This document shows positions 49,378-60,549 of a DNA stretch of 64,000 nucleotides, in pieces. A model generated the notes under the pieces. The model saw only the letters and a list, made by a program, of their open reading frames with translations. It had not been told where the DNA came from and ran no database searches. The number at the start of each line of letters is the position of its first letter. The stretch's first letter is position 1. This stretch comes from Rickettsiales bacterium (GTDB lineage Bacteria > Pseudomonadota > Alphaproteobacteria > Rickettsiales > CANDYO01), in assembly GCA_965228885.1 (NCBI GenBank), contig OZ245841.1, forward strand, positions 94,240 to 158,239, written 5' to 3'. Position numbers and translations under genes: made by a program.

Positions 49378-49684
49378 AAAAGCCTTACGAACCATCGGAG
49401 AAGTTTCTAAGATTTTATCCGTACCAAGTCATGTTATTAGATTCTGGGAAGAAAATTTCCCCCAATTAAAACCAGTAAAATATAACGGTCGCCGTTACTA
49501 TTCTCAAAAAGATATAAACCTGCTAAAAAAAATAAAAGATCTTTTATATAATCAAGAATATTCAATAAAAGGCGCAGCTGTATATCTCAAATCTCCTATA
49601 AGCAAATTAGAGATTCCTTCACTAGAAGAAACAATGGAAAAACTTATAAAAGCAAGAGAAAAACTTAACCAACTTCTGAACTAA
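49367..49684 (+). CDS. MerR family transcriptional regulator
   Basis: HTH 'LRTIGEVSKILSVPSHVIRFWEENF', 'GRRYYSQKDINLL'. Confidence 0.75.
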   Translation: MKAEKALRTIGEVSKILSVPSHVIRFWEENFPQLKPVKYNGRRYYSQKDINLLKKIKDLLYNQEYSIKGAAVYLKSPISKLEIPSLEETMEKLIKAREKLNQLLN

Positions 49685-49687
49685 GCT

Positions 49688-50143
49688 TTAGAAGCCACTA
49701 CGTGGCTTAACTGCTTCTGGCTCTTTATTATCATTAAACCTACCCACATTGCTGAATAATTGCTGAGCGGTACTAATATCATTACCCTTAGTAGAAGTGT
49801 ATTCAGAGACCAAACGTACTTTGTTAGCATCTTTCTCATTATACTTATAAACAGCATCTACCAAATTATTCTTGAATGTTATTGATATAATATTTTGCTC
49901 TATAACGGTGTCTGGTAAAAATGCAATAGTCTCTTTTTTGGTAGTAATGTAATACCAAGTTTCCTGACCAAAGTCTGAAACAACTGTGGGACTACCTAAT
50001 AAATCTTCAACATCTTCTTTATTTTTAGCTTTTTCTAGGGATTGAATCTCGCCTTCTTTAAATAAATGACCAGAAACATGAATTGTTTTAATACAAGAGC
50101 TACAACAAAAAGTTAAAAAAATTAGGAAAAATATTCTTATCAT
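49688..50143 (-). CDS. bamE: outer membrane protein assembly factor BamE (SmpA/OmlA lipoprotein)
   Basis: Lipobox 'CCSSC'. 'KEDVEDLLGSPTVVSDFGQETWYY'. Confidence 0.7.
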   Translation of the reverse strand: MIRIFFLIFLTFCCSSCIKTIHVSGHLFKEGEIQSLEKAKNKEDVEDLLGSPTVVSDFGQETWYYITTKKETIAFLPDTVIEQNIISITFKNNLVDAVYKYNEKDANKVRLVSEYTSTKGNDISTAQQLFSNVGRFNDNKEPEAVKPRSGF

Positions 50144-50320
50144 GATTGAGTATTTACAATTTTAGACTAGATTTCATTTGAAAAGTATATTATAGAGTAT
50201 TATATCGCAAGCACAATTATTTTATTTACAGTAAATAATTTAAATTATTTCAATTTACAAGAAATTATGTTAAGTTGTGCAGTTATAGAAATAGATGCAA
50301 AATAAATAGGTTAAAAGAAA

Positions 50321-50524
50321 ATGGCAGTACCAAAGAAGAAAATATCAAAATCTAAAAGAGACCAACGTCGCTCTCACCACGCTTTAAAGTCAGCTAACAT
50401 TACTGTAGATCCAACAACTGGTGAATTCAAACTATCTCATCATATCTCATTAAAAGATGGATATTATAAAGGTCGTCAAGTGATAACTCCTAAGGTTAAA
50501 AACACTGAAGCTGAGACAGAATAA
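50321..50524 (+). CDS. rpmF: 50S ribosomal protein L32
   Basis: '[22 protein letters not shown]'. Confidence 0.95.
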   Translation: MAVPKKKISKSKRDQRRSHHALKSANITVDPTTGEFKLSHHISLKDGYYKGRQVITPKVKNTEAETE

Positions 50525-50562
50525 CTCATTAAAGATATATGGGTTGAGGGGTCGAGATCGTT

Positions 50563-51627
50563 ATGAATAGTAAGAAAATTATAGTGGCACTGGATGCAAT
50601 GGGGGGGGATTATGCTCCTTTATCTGTGATTGAAGGTGCTAATATTGCTCTTATTAATCAACGGACAAAAGATCCAAATATCTCAATCGAATATCATATT
50701 TTTGGTAACAAAGAAACTTTAGATCCCATCCTTAATAAGTACCAAGAGCTTAAAGCTGCCTCTTTAATTACTCATTCTGAAAATAAAATAGCTTCTGATG
50801 ATAAACCTTCTTATGCTATGCGTAATAGCAAAAACACTAGCATGGGAATGGCAATTACAGCTGTAAAACAACAACAGGCTCACGCAATAGTGTCTTCAGG
50901 AAATACTGGAGCATTAATGGCCGTTGCAAAATTGTCTCTTCGTACATTACCTGGAATTGATAGGCCTGCCATAATTGGATTACTCCCGACAGACACCCAC
51001 AAAATAGTATCTTTAGACCTAGGCGCAAATGCTGAATGCGAACCATCTAATTTAGTACAATTTGCTATAATGGGAGATGCTTTTGCAAAAGTGATCCTTG
51101 GAAAAACCAAACCTAGTATTGGCTTGCTTAACATAGGATCGGAAGAAATCAAAGGCAATGAAACCATTAAAACTGCAGCACAAAACTTGCATAACCAAGA
51201 CTGTTTGAATTTTACTGGCTATATAGAAGCTGATGATATTACCAGAGGTGTTGTTGATGTGGTGGTGGCAGATGGATTCTCAGGGAATATCGCCATAAAA
51301 ATGGCTGAAGGCACAGCTTATATGTGTAAAACACTCATGGAAAACGCGTTCAAAAGCAGCTTTATATCTAAAATTGGTTATTTACTATCTAAAAAAGCCC
51401 TTAAATCCACTTTTAAGAGAATTGACGGAAGATATTATAATGGAGCTATGCTAGTGGGGTTAAATGGAATAGTGGTAAAAAGCCATGGAGGAGCTGATCC
51501 TATTGCTTTTGCTAATGCAATTGGTGTGGCGGTGGAATTAAGCGCAAATAATATTAACAAAAAAATTATCCAAGAAATTGATATTGTTCAGCAGCATCTT
51601 TCTCGCTCTAAATCTTACCCTATATAA
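50563..51627 (+). CDS. plsX: phosphate acyltransferase PlsX
   Basis: 'IVALDAMGGDYAP', 'VSSGNTGALMA', 'VVADGFSGNIAIK'. rpmF-plsX linkage. Confidence 0.95.
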   Translation: MNSKKIIVALDAMGGDYAPLSVIEGANIALINQRTKDPNISIEYHIFGNKETLDPILNKYQELKAASLITHSENKIASDDKPSYAMRNSKNTSMGMAITAVKQQQAHAIVSSGNTGALMAVAKLSLRTLPGIDRPAIIGLLPTDTHKIVSLDLGANAECEPSNLVQFAIMGDAFAKVILGKTKPSIGLLNIGSEEIKGNETIKTAAQNLHNQDCLNFTGYIEADDITRGVVDVVVADGFSGNIAIKMAEGTAYMCKTLMENAFKSSFISKIGYLLSKKALKSTFKRIDGRYYNGAMLVGLNGIVVKSHGGADPIAFANAIGVAVELSANNINKKIIQEIDIVQQHLSRSKSYPI

Positions 51628-51674
51628 AAATTATATTTAGTAAGCAACGTAGATTTCTATAGATAGAGGCAATA

Positions 51675-52238
51675 TTGATAAAAAATAAATTAGACTCTAA
51701 TCTAAATAAAAAATATACCCCCCTAGTATCTTCTTGGTTTAATACATTACTTGGACCAATGCTAGCCATCGCAGATAAAGAAAAGTTATATCTATTAGAA
51801 TTTTCTGAACGTCGTAACTTAGAGCAAAGAATTGAAGCGTTAAAAACAAAACTTCAAGCAAATATTATTTCCGATTGCTGCCCTCCTATAGAATCTATCG
51901 AGATTGAAATAGAAGCTTATCTCGCAGGCAAGTTAAAAACATTTAATACCCCTTTTTCTACCACAGGCACTCTTTTCCAGAAAACATCCTGGGAAGCATT
52001 AATGAAAATTCCCTATGGAGAAACAAAAAGCTACTTAGAGCAAGCTAATATGATTAATCGTCCTTCAGCACATAGAGCAGTTGCTAACGCTAATGGATCT
52101 AATAACTTAGCAATTATTATTCCCTGTCATCGCATACTTAGGAATGATGGAAATCTTGGTGGTTATGCTGGTGGGATAGATAGAAAAAAATGGCTAATTG
52201 AACATGAAAAGAAGAATAAAAATACAATAGTTTCTTGA
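51675..52238 (+). CDS. ogt: methylated-DNA--protein-cysteine methyltransferase
   Basis: Active site 'IIIPCHRILRNDG', 'IPYGETKSYLEQA'. Probable TTG start. Confidence 0.85.
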   Translation: MIKNKLDSNLNKKYTPLVSSWFNTLLGPMLAIADKEKLYLLEFSERRNLEQRIEALKTKLQANIISDCCPPIESIEIEIEAYLAGKLKTFNTPFSTTGTLFQKTSWEALMKIPYGETKSYLEQANMINRPSAHRAVANANGSNNLAIIIPCHRILRNDGNLGGYAGGIDRKKWLIEHEKKNKNTIVS

Positions 52239-52330
52239 TTTATAGACGCCTAACTTTATTCTAATACTTTACAAAAGATAAACTCTACTATAGATTACTT
52301 ATGTGATTTAATTAATATATCGGAATTTCT

Positions 52331-52792
52331 ATGGCACAAAAACCAAAATTAATTGATACTTTAGATTTACATAAAAACAGACCACTTTCGCCACATTTAT
52401 CTATATATAAAATGCAGCTTACCTCTGCTCTTTCAATATTACATAGAATTACAGGAGCCTATCTATATATTGGCCTAGCCGTGTTCACCTGGGTGGTTTT
52501 TGCCACCGTTTATTTCCCATATATGATTATAGAAATTGGTGAATATATTTATAGCAACATTCTGATAGCTGGACTATTTAAATTTATGCTTCTTGGTTGG
52601 ACATTCTCTCTTTTTTATCATCAACTGAATGGAATAAGGCATTTATTTTGGGATGCAGGGAAAGGTTTCGAATTAAAAACCACCTATTTTTCTGGTAAAA
52701 TGGTCCTAGGATTGTCAGTTTTACTAACCATTGTGTGTTGGTTTATGGTATGCAGCTACACGTCACCTGTTGACATCATAGAGGTAAAATAA
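52331..52792 (+). CDS. sdhC: succinate dehydrogenase cytochrome b556 subunit
   Basis: 'RPLSPHLSIYKMQLTSALSILHRITG'. First gene of sdhCDAB. Confidence 0.85.
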   Translation: MAQKPKLIDTLDLHKNRPLSPHLSIYKMQLTSALSILHRITGAYLYIGLAVFTWVVFATVYFPYMIIEIGEYIYSNILIAGLFKFMLLGWTFSLFYHQLNGIRHLFWDAGKGFELKTTYFSGKMVLGLSVLLTIVCWFMVCSYTSPVDIIEVK

Positions 52793-52794
52793 AT

Positions 52795-53199
52795 ATGAAT
52801 AGCAATAATTTTCAATCTCCATTATCTAAAGCAAAAGGCTTAGGAGCTTCTAGAACAGGAACAATAAGTTGGTGGGCCCAAAGAGTGTCTGCTGTCGCCT
52901 TAATACCTCTAGTAATATGGTTCGCATATTTCATGATTAAGGCAGCAGAATATCAAGAATTAGAAGTGATTACTTCATTATTTACTTCTCCATTTTCTAC
53001 ATTGCTTCTATCTCTATTTATAGGAGTGGGTTTATATCATGGAAATTTAGGAATGAAGGAAATCATTGAAGATTATGTCCATTGTCATGTTATAAAAACA
53101 AGTTTAATCTTGTTTCTTAAATTCTTCAGTTTTGTAACTGCTATTTCTGGAATCTGCGCTATACTCGCTATTCACTTATCAACATTTAGCTTTAATTAA
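52795..53199 (+). CDS. sdhD: succinate dehydrogenase membrane anchor subunit
   Basis: 134 aa with 3 TM helices. '[14 protein letters not shown]', '[16 protein letters not shown]'. Confidence 0.8.
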   Translation: MNSNNFQSPLSKAKGLGASRTGTISWWAQRVSAVALIPLVIWFAYFMIKAAEYQELEVITSLFTSPFSTLLLSLFIGVGLYHGNLGMKEIIEDYVHCHVIKTSLILFLKFFSFVTAISGICAILAIHLSTFSFN

Positions 53200-53210
53200 A
53201 AGAGACACTC

Positions 53211-55007
53211 ATGGTATCAAATAGTTATAAAATAATTGATCACTACTATGATGTAGTGGTAGTAGGAGCAGGAGGAGCAGGATTGCGTGCTGCTTTTGGT
53301 ATGGCAGAAGCAGGGCTTAATACTGCTTGTATTTCTAAAGTATTCCCTACTCGTAGCCATACAGTGGCAGCTCAAGGTGGAATGAGTGCTGCTCTTGCTA
53401 ATATGGGAGAAGATGATTGGCGTTGGCATATGTATGACACCATCAAAGGATCAGACTGGCTTGGCGATCAAGATGCTATTGAATATATGTGTAAAAATGC
53501 TGCCCAAGCTGTGATAGAACTTGAGCATTATGGAGTTCCATTTTCCCGTACAGCTGAAGGAAAAATATATCAACGTCCATTTGGCGGAATGACTACTCAC
53601 TATGGAGAAGGAAAAGCAGCACAACGAACTTGTGCAGCTGCAGATAGAACCGGCCATGCAATCTTACATACTCTATATCAACAAGCTTTAAAGCATCAAG
53701 CAAAGTTCTTTATTGAATATATAGCTTTAGATTTGATTATGGATAGTGACGGAGAATGCGTTGGAGTAATGGCATGGAATTTAGATGATGGAACCATTCA
53801 TCGTTTCAGAGCTCACAAAGTTGTCTTGGCTACCGGTGGATATGGAAGAGCTTACTTCTCTTGTACCTCTGCCCATACTTGCACTGGTGATGGAAATGCA
53901 ATGGCCCTACGTGCAGGACTTCCAGTTCAAGACATGGAATTTGTTCAATTTCATCCCACAGGAATTTATGGAGCTGGATGCCTAATAACCGAAGGATGTA
54001 GAGGCGAAGGAGGCTATTTACTTAACAGTAAAGGTGAAAGATTTATGGAGAGATATGCTCCATCTGCAAAAGATTTAGCATCCCGAGATGTTGTATCCAG
54101 AGCAATGACCATTGAAATTAGAGAAGGACGAGGCTGTGGTCCAAAGAAAGATCATATCCACTTAAATTTAAGCCATTTAGACCCAGAAGTGCTTCATGAA
54201 AGACTTCCTGGAATTTCTGAAACAGCAAAAATATTTGCCGGAATTGATGTAACCAAAGCTCCTATTCCAGTTATACCTACGGTTCATTATAATATGGGAG
54301 GTGTGGCAACTAATTATCATACTGAAGTAGTTACTATAAAAGATGGTAATCCTGACCACGTTGTTCCTGGTCTTATGTCAATTGGTGAAGGTGCATGCGT
54401 TTCTGTTCATGGAGCAAACCGCTTAGGATCAAATTCATTATTAGATTTAGTAGTATTTGGTAGAGCGGCCGCACTTAGAGCTGCGGACACTATAAAACCT
54501 GGCATGCCTCATAAAGCACTTCCAGAAAACGCTGGAGAAGAAGCTATTGCAAGATTAGACAAAGTGCGCTTTTCTAAAGGTAAGTTATCTACTGCACATA
54601 TTCGTGATGATATGCAGCATGTGATGCAGAATCATGCAGCAGTGTTTAGAACTGAAGAAAGTTTAGCTGAAGGTGTAAAGCTAATCGATAAAGTATTTAA
54701 AAGCGCAGATGATATTGGCATTAGCGACAGAGGAATGGTTTGGAACAGCGACTTAGTTGAAGCTTTAGAATTACAGAATTTATTAGACCAAGCTGTAGTA
54801 ACCATGCATTGCGCACATAATCGTAAAGAAAGCCGTGGGGCACATGCTAGAGAAGATTTCTCAGAACGTGATGATAAAAAATGGATGAAACATACAGTTT
54901 CTTGGATAGACAGTAAAGGTAAAGTAAAAATTGATTACCGTCCCGTTCATCAATACACCTTAACAAATGAAGTAAAAGTAGTACCACCAAAAAAGAGGGT
55001 ATATTAA
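53211..55007 (+). CDS. sdhA: succinate dehydrogenase flavoprotein subunit
   Basis: '[14 protein letters not shown]' and '[10 protein letters not shown]' (FAD-linked His). '[19 protein letters not shown]'. Confidence 0.98.
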   Translation: MVSNSYKIIDHYYDVVVVGAGGAGLRAAFGMAEAGLNTACISKVFPTRSHTVAAQGGMSAALANMGEDDWRWHMYDTIKGSDWLGDQDAIEYMCKNAAQAVIELEHYGVPFSRTAEGKIYQRPFGGMTTHYGEGKAAQRTCAAADRTGHAILHTLYQQALKHQAKFFIEYIALDLIMDSDGECVGVMAWNLDDGTIHRFRAHKVVLATGGYGRAYFSCTSAHTCTGDGNAMALRAGLPVQDMEFVQFHPTGIYGAGCLITEGCRGEGGYLLNSKGERFMERYAPSAKDLASRDVVSRAMTIEIREGRGCGPKKDHIHLNLSHLDPEVLHERLPGISETAKIFAGIDVTKAPIPVIPTVHYNMGGVATNYHTEVVTIKDGNPDHVVPGLMSIGEGACVSVHGANRLGSNSLLDLVVFGRAAALRAADTIKPGMPHKALPENAGEEAIARLDKVRFSKGKLSTAHIRDDMQHVMQNHAAVFRTEESLAEGVKLIDKVFKSADDIGISDRGMVWNSDLVEALELQNLLDQAVVTMHCAHNRKESRGAHAREDFSERDDKKWMKHTVSWIDSKGKVKIDYRPVHQYTLTNEVKVVPPKKRVY

Positions 55008-55008
55008 A

Positions 55009-55794
55009 ATGGTTGAATTAAGATTGCCTCCAAACTCAAGAATTGATAAGAAAAGCGGAAAAACTTATAAAACTAGTAAAAACGCAAAAAAAACTAAAAT
55101 CTTTAATATTTATCGCTTTGATCCAGAGGATGGACAAAAACCTAGAATAGACAACTTCGAAGTGGACCTGGACAATTGTTCAATGGTATTGGATGCTTTA
55201 ATAAAAGCAAAATCGGAACATGATGCTAGTCTAACTTTCCGCCGCTCATGCCGCGAAGGAATTTGTGGTAGTTGTGCAATGAATATTGATGGAACGAATA
55301 CTTTAGCCTGTATTAAAGAAATTTGTGATGATAAAAAAGAGGTTAATATTTATCCCCTTCCCCATATGGCGGTTATAAAAGATTTGGTTGTGGATATGAA
55401 TCATTTCTATGCCCAATATGAATCAATTGAGCCATGGATGAAGAATGATACCCCTCCACCTGATACTTCAGAAAGATTACAATCCCCAGTGGAGAGAGAA
55501 AAGCTAGACGGATTATATGAATGCGTATTATGCGCTTGTTGTAGTACAAGTTGTCCAAGCTACTGGTGGAATGGAGATAAATATTTAGGACCTGCATCAT
55601 TGCTTCAAGCTAATCGTTGGCTACAAGATAGCAGAGATGATGCAAAAGGAGAACGCTTAGATGCATTAGAAGACGCATTTAAATTATATCGCTGTCATAC
55701 AATTATGAACTGTACTAAAACTTGCCCTAAGGGCCTAAACCCTGCCAAAGCTATTGGTGAAATTAAACAAATGATGTTGGAAAGAAAATTATGA
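55009..55794 (+). CDS. sdhB: succinate dehydrogenase iron-sulfur subunit
   Basis: Three Cys clusters: '[15 protein letters not shown]', '[13 protein letters not shown]', '[17 protein letters not shown]'. Confidence 0.97.
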   Translation: MVELRLPPNSRIDKKSGKTYKTSKNAKKTKIFNIYRFDPEDGQKPRIDNFEVDLDNCSMVLDALIKAKSEHDASLTFRRSCREGICGSCAMNIDGTNTLACIKEICDDKKEVNIYPLPHMAVIKDLVVDMNHFYAQYESIEPWMKNDTPPPDTSERLQSPVEREKLDGLYECVLCACCSTSCPSYWWNGDKYLGPASLLQANRWLQDSRDDAKGERLDALEDAFKLYRCHTIMNCTKTCPKGLNPAKAIGEIKQMMLERKL

Positions 55795-56237
55795 CTATAG
55801 AAGTAAAAATCAAACAATTAGCTCATGGTAAAAACATGAAATTGCCTCATTATGCAACTTCTCATAGTGCTGGAATGGATCTAATGGCCGCTATTGATGG
55901 GGATATTACCTTGAAAGTAAACCAACGTGTGTTAGTTCCCACTGGAATATCTATTGCATTACCTGACGGATACGAAGCTCAAATTAGACCAAGGTCTGGA
56001 CTAGCGTTTAAAAATGGAATCACTGTTTTAAATACACCAGGAACAATTGATGCTGATTATCGTGGAGAAATTGGAGTGGTTTTAATTAATCTGGGAGATA
56101 AAGATTTTGTTATTTCTAGAGACATGAGAATTGCTCAGATGATTATTGCACCATATATTCAAGCAAAATTCAATGAAGTTGAAGATTTAGATAATACAAC
56201 AAGAGGAAAAGGTGGCTTTGGATCAACCGGAGTTTAA
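55791..56237 (+). CDS. dut: dUTP diphosphatase
   Basis: 'SAGMDL', '[33 protein letters not shown]', '[10 protein letters not shown]'. Confidence 0.95.
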   Translation: MTIEVKIKQLAHGKNMKLPHYATSHSAGMDLMAAIDGDITLKVNQRVLVPTGISIALPDGYEAQIRPRSGLAFKNGITVLNTPGTIDADYRGEIGVVLINLGDKDFVISRDMRIAQMIIAPYIQAKFNEVEDLDNTTRGKGGFGSTGV

Positions 56238-56307
56238 TCCAAAACCAAAATTATATTTATGGTTTAAGGATATATTGATACCTAACTTCAATACGAATCA
56301 ATAATTT

Positions 56308-57207
56308 ATGAAATATAAAGTCGGCACACGCGATAGCAAATTGGCGCTAACCCAAACAGAATTAGTTTGCGAATCATTAATTAAGAGCAATCCTGATTTA
56401 TCTTATAATCAATTCGAAATTGTAAAAATAAAAACAATTGGTGATAAGATTCTAAATAAAAGTCTCTCTGAAATAGGGGGGAAAAATTTATTTATCAAAG
56501 AAATTGAAGAGGCCTTATTAGATAACAGAATAGATTTTGCTGTACATTCTTTAAAGGACATGACTGCTAATCTTCACCCAAAAGCAACTATTGCCACTTG
56601 CTTAAAAAGAGAAGACCCTCGTGATGCTTTTATATCTCATAATTACAAGACTTTAGATGAACTCCCTAAAGGATCTACCGTGGGAACGTCTTCTATACGC
56701 AGAGCATCCATAGCTTTACATTATAGACCGGATTTAAAAATCGTACCATTTAGAGGCAACATCTTAACTAGAATAGAGAAATTAAAACAAAACCAGGTGG
56801 ACGCCACATTCTTAGCAATGGCTGGAATAAGAAGATTAAACATTGAAGAATCTCTATATTCTCCTTTACAAATTAAAGAGTTTCTACCAGCTATTTCTCA
56901 AGGAATCATTGGAGTGGAGTGTAGAAAAAACGATAAAAATATTTACAAGCTTCTTCGCAGCATTAATCATCCTGAAACAGAAATTTGTACAACGGCAGAA
57001 AGAGCATTCTTAGAATGCCTTGAAGCTGACTGTTCAGTACCTATAGCCGCTTATGCCACTCTAAAGGATGATCAAATAAACCTCGATTGTTTAGTTATTA
57101 ACTCCAAAGGAAAAATATTTCGTGACAAAGCAAGAGGTTCTACTAAAGATGCCCATAAAATAGGACATGAAATGGGCATTAAACTTAAACCATTTCTAAT
57201 ATCATGA
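56308..57207 (+). CDS. hemC: hydroxymethylbilane synthase (porphobilinogen deaminase)
   Basis: 'KVGTRDSKLALTQT', 'VHSLKDM', 'GTSSIRR', 'DCSVPIAAYA'. Confidence 0.93.
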   Translation: MKYKVGTRDSKLALTQTELVCESLIKSNPDLSYNQFEIVKIKTIGDKILNKSLSEIGGKNLFIKEIEEALLDNRIDFAVHSLKDMTANLHPKATIATCLKREDPRDAFISHNYKTLDELPKGSTVGTSSIRRASIALHYRPDLKIVPFRGNILTRIEKLKQNQVDATFLAMAGIRRLNIEESLYSPLQIKEFLPAISQGIIGVECRKNDKNIYKLLRSINHPETEICTTAERAFLECLEADCSVPIAAYATLKDDQINLDCLVINSKGKIFRDKARGSTKDAHKIGHEMGIKLKPFLIS

Positions 57208-57887
57208 AAATCCTTATTACAAGGCCCATCGATGAAGCAATTATATTAGCTAAAGAGTTAACTAATTTTGGACACCATCCTGTTATTAATCCTTTACTTG
57301 AAATTGAATTATTTCAGAACATAAACTTTAAGAATTTTGATAAATATGAAGCTATTATAATTACTAGCAAAAATGCTATTAAAGCAATCGTAAATGCAGA
57401 TAAAAAATTAAAACTATTTGTAATTGGTGAACACAGCACTGAATTTGCAAGGTCTTTGGGATTTATAAATAGTATTTACGCAGGAGCAAATATTGAAGAA
57501 TTAAAAAATTTCATTCAACCATATAGTAATTTATTATATTTATCTGGAGTAGATATTAGCGATGACTTAAGTTCTTTAAATAAAAAAATTACTAGGTTGG
57601 AAGTATATAAAGCAAAAATAATTGAATCTGCTTCTAATGAGTTTATTGAATTTATTCAATCAGATAATTTAAAATTATGTCTCTTTTTCTCCAAAAGAAC
57701 AGCCCAAATATTCTTAAACCACATTAAAAAATACAAATTAGAATCATATTGTGATAGAATAATTTCATTATCCTTAAGTGATAATATTAATAATAGCTTG
57801 AAAGGTCTTAATCTACATTCTTATTATGTATCAAAAGATCCGTCTCTCAAGAGTATAATGAACTCAATAGACAAAATATGCAAATGA
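57204..57887 (+). CDS. hemD: uroporphyrinogen-III synthase
   Basis: 'MKILITRPIDEAIILAKELTNFGHHPVINPLLEI'. 4-nt overlap with hemC. Weakly conserved family, so the call leans on position. Confidence 0.7.
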   Translation: MKILITRPIDEAIILAKELTNFGHHPVINPLLEIELFQNINFKNFDKYEAIIITSKNAIKAIVNADKKLKLFVIGEHSTEFARSLGFINSIYAGANIEELKNFIQPYSNLLYLSGVDISDDLSSLNKKITRLEVYKAKIIESASNEFIEFIQSDNLKLCLFFSKRTAQIFLNHIKKYKLESYCDRIISLSLSDNINNSLKGLNLHSYYVSKDPSLKSIMNSIDKICK

Positions 57888-58684
57888 CTGATAAACAAAG
57901 CAAAGCAAAAACAAAATCTCCTAATCGTAAATTATGGCTAGTATCCATAATGTTGATATTAGGGATAGGAATTCTTGTGGCGCTTTACATTAATTTTCAA
58001 CTTAACTATAAAGTTGATGACATTAATCAAAAAATTTCTAAATTAGGATCTAATCAAAAAAGAATTTCTGAGCTCTCTAAAACCTCAGCCCCAATAAAAA
58101 AAGATATTGCAAGCACAAAAGAAACAATAAGCATTAAACCTAAAGAAGAAGTAACTCTATCGGATCCATATCTAGCGCTATATGACTTCATCCACAACTT
58201 CTACAAAGTAAAATCCAGCGCTGAAAAAGGAAATGATTTTACACCTCAATTATTAGTTTTAAAAAGCTATATAATTCACTCTGATGAATTAAAACAGCGT
58301 CTTGATAAGTTAATTGATTTAGCCCCACATAATAAACCAGTGAATTACTTCAAAGCAGCTTTTAAGGATATAGTCGTAACTTTATATCAACAACCTAATA
58401 ACTCTAATTTTCTTGATATACATCATTATGTTTTTATTAGGCCTATAGGGGAAAGAGCTATAGAAAATGGTGGATTAGATAAACAAGTTGTTTTAATTGA
58501 ACAAGCATTAATGGAAAATGACCTACAAAAAGCTGAAAACCACCTAAACAATCTTCCTAAAGATATAAAATCTTTAAATCAATTTAAATTAAATATAAAG
58601 AATCAATTAATTATTCATGATGAATTGATTAAAGTAGAAGAAATATTATTAAACAAACAAAATAAAAATATGGTGAGCAAATAA
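57878..58684 (+). CDS. Mic60/mitofilin-like membrane protein (alphaproteobacterial 'alphaMIC60' candidate)
   Basis: 268 aa. One N-terminal TM helix 'LWLVSIMLILGIGILVALYI' and a coiled-coil middle. The C-terminal 'VVLIEQALMENDLQKAENHLNNLPKDIKSLNQFKLNIKNQL' fits the mitofilin-domain pattern. Sits between hemD and a hemY-like gene. Confidence 0.5.
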   Translation: MQMTDKQSKAKTKSPNRKLWLVSIMLILGIGILVALYINFQLNYKVDDINQKISKLGSNQKRISELSKTSAPIKKDIASTKETISIKPKEEVTLSDPYLALYDFIHNFYKVKSSAEKGNDFTPQLLVLKSYIIHSDELKQRLDKLIDLAPHNKPVNYFKAAFKDIVVTLYQQPNNSNFLDIHHYVFIRPIGERAIENGGLDKQVVLIEQALMENDLQKAENHLNNLPKDIKSLNQFKLNIKNQLIIHDELIKVEEILLNKQNKNMVSK

Positions 58685-59866
58685 ATGCGTATAATACTTT
58701 TTACCTTATGCTTATTAGTACTATTAAGCTCTATATGGATATCACTGGGCAATGAAAGTAATATTATTATCGAATGGCTTGGATATCACGTGGAAATATC
58801 TACAATATTTGCTACAATATTCTTACTTATTACCCTCATAATATTATTCTTAATAATTTACTTTCTTATTTTTCTAAAAAACATCCCTAGCTCTTTAAGA
58901 AAACATTACTATGAAAAACAAAATCATGACAATTTATTATTACTTCTAGACTGCTTCTCTTCACTACATAGCGAAGACTTAACTTTAGTAAAAAAGAATA
59001 TCAAAAAACTTCATGCCAATAAAAATCATTCACAAATACAAGAATTAAACCATATTGTATCTTTGCTTATAACAAAATTCTATGAACTAACTAATAGCGA
59101 TAACTTAGAAGAATCATATCAAAAGTTAATTCAATATCAATCCTATAAACTTATTGGATTAAAAGGACTTATAGCTCTAAGAATACAAAAGAAATGCTAT
59201 CATGAAGCGTTAGCTTATGCTGAGAAAGCTTTTTTAATTAATCCTAAATCTTCTTGGTTATTAAGTTATTTGATAGAAATTTACACAGCATTAGACCTCT
59301 ATGAAAAAGCAGAATATATTATACATGAATATTTTAGATATAAGTTTGTTAATAAAAAAGATTACAAAGCTATGTTAACTAAAAATCTTCTAGAGCATGC
59401 AAATTATTTGATTACTAATTTACAAAAAGATAAAGCTATATCCCTATTAGAAAAAGCTTTAAAACTACAACCTTCTTATTATGAAGCAGTGGCTACTCTA
59501 GCAAGGCTTTATTCTCAAAATAACGATAAGAAATTAGCCTATAAAATAATACAAAAAGCATGGATAAACCTACCATCTATAATGCTGGCACATTTAATAG
59601 TAAATATATCTCAAGATGAAACAATAAATAAAAAGGTTCAATTGCTAGAAAATCTAATTGATAAAAAACCAGATGCAAAAGAAGGCTATATCGTGCTAGC
59701 CGAACTTTATATAAAAGAAGATATGCTTGCTCAAGGCAGAGCTGTGATGGACCAATTACTAGCCCTACATGCCCCTGATTCTGAAACCTGCAAATTAATG
59801 GCCTTAATCGAAGCCAAAGCACATAATAACCATTCTATAATTATTAATTGGCTACATAGACTATGA
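58685..59866 (+). CDS. HemY-like protein (two N-terminal TM helices + TPR)
   Basis: 393 aa. TM helices 'IILFTLCLLVLLSSIWI' and 'IFATIFLLITLIILFLIIYFLIF'. TPR-like 'AEKAFLINPKSSW' and 'LEKALKLQPSYYEAVATLARLY'. Confidence 0.65.
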   Translation: MRIILFTLCLLVLLSSIWISLGNESNIIIEWLGYHVEISTIFATIFLLITLIILFLIIYFLIFLKNIPSSLRKHYYEKQNHDNLLLLLDCFSSLHSEDLTLVKKNIKKLHANKNHSQIQELNHIVSLLITKFYELTNSDNLEESYQKLIQYQSYKLIGLKGLIALRIQKKCYHEALAYAEKAFLINPKSSWLLSYLIEIYTALDLYEKAEYIIHEYFRYKFVNKKDYKAMLTKNLLEHANYLITNLQKDKAISLLEKALKLQPSYYEAVATLARLYSQNNDKKLAYKIIQKAWINLPSIMLAHLIVNISQDETINKKVQLLENLIDKKPDAKEGYIVLAELYIKEDMLAQGRAVMDQLLALHAPDSETCKLMALIEAKAHNNHSIIINWLHRL

Positions 59867-60549
59867 ATCACATATTAGGATATAATTTTATAAATCCAAT
59901 TTTTCTTAAACATGCCTTAACTCATCCAAGCTTATGCGCGCATAACAAATCAAATTTAACAAGTTATGAGCGTCTAGAGTTTCTAGGCGACTCTGCATTA
60001 AGTTTAGTTATATCTGAGTTTCTTATAAATAAATTTCCTGAAGAAGACGAAGGAAGTCTAGCAAAGAGAAGATCATATCTGGTATCTGGAGAAATACTGA
60101 CACAAATTGCTCTTAAGTTAAACCTAGGCAAGATGATAATAATGACATACGCCGAAGATAAATCTGGAGGGCGTAGAAATTCTCATAACCTTGAAAATGT
60201 ATTAGAGGCTATTCTAGGAGCAATTTATTTAGATGGAGGGTTAGATTCCGTAAAACCAATTATATTTAACTTATGGCATGACATCCTTGATAAAATGGTA
60301 GAAGTTCCTATTGACCCTAAAAGTAAACTACAAGAAGAGTTACAAAAATTAGGACTCCCCCTTCCTAAATATGAACTAATCAGCTCTACGGGCCCTGAAC
60401 ATAAACTTACTTTTAGAGTCAAGTTAAAAATACCAGGATTCAATGAATGTATTGGAAAAGGAAACTCAAAGAAACAAGCAGAAAAAGAAGCCGCATCACT
60501 ATTATTATTACAAATGGAAAAACAAGCATGCAAAAAGCAGCCTTTATAG
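59863..60549 (+). CDS. rnc: ribonuclease III
   Basis: Signature 'SYERLEFLGDSAL'. dsRBD 'GPEHKLTFRVKLKIPG...GKGNSKKQAEKEAA'. Confidence 0.95.
   Translation: MNHILGYNFINPIFLKHALTHPSLCAHNKSNLTSYERLEFLGDSALSLVISEFLINKFPEEDEGSLAKRRSYLVSGEILTQIALKLNLGKMIIMTYAEDKSGGRRNSHNLENVLEAILGAIYLDGGLDSVKPIIFNLWHDILDKMVEVPIDPKSKLQEELQKLGLPLPKYELISSTGPEHKLTFRVKLKIPGFNECIGKGNSKKQAEKEAASLLLLQMEKQACKKQPL

Noticed and set aside
53217-54359. Several 60-70-aa minus-strand and plus-strand ORFs within sdhA
   Set aside because: All are embedded in a near-certain sdhA reading frame. They are chance open frames.
60447-60527. N-terminal 27-codon extension of era in the ORF track
   Set aside because: The extension ('MYWKRKLKETSRKRSR...') lies inside rnc in another frame. 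The conserved Era N-terminus begins at ATG 60528, just before the G1 motif.
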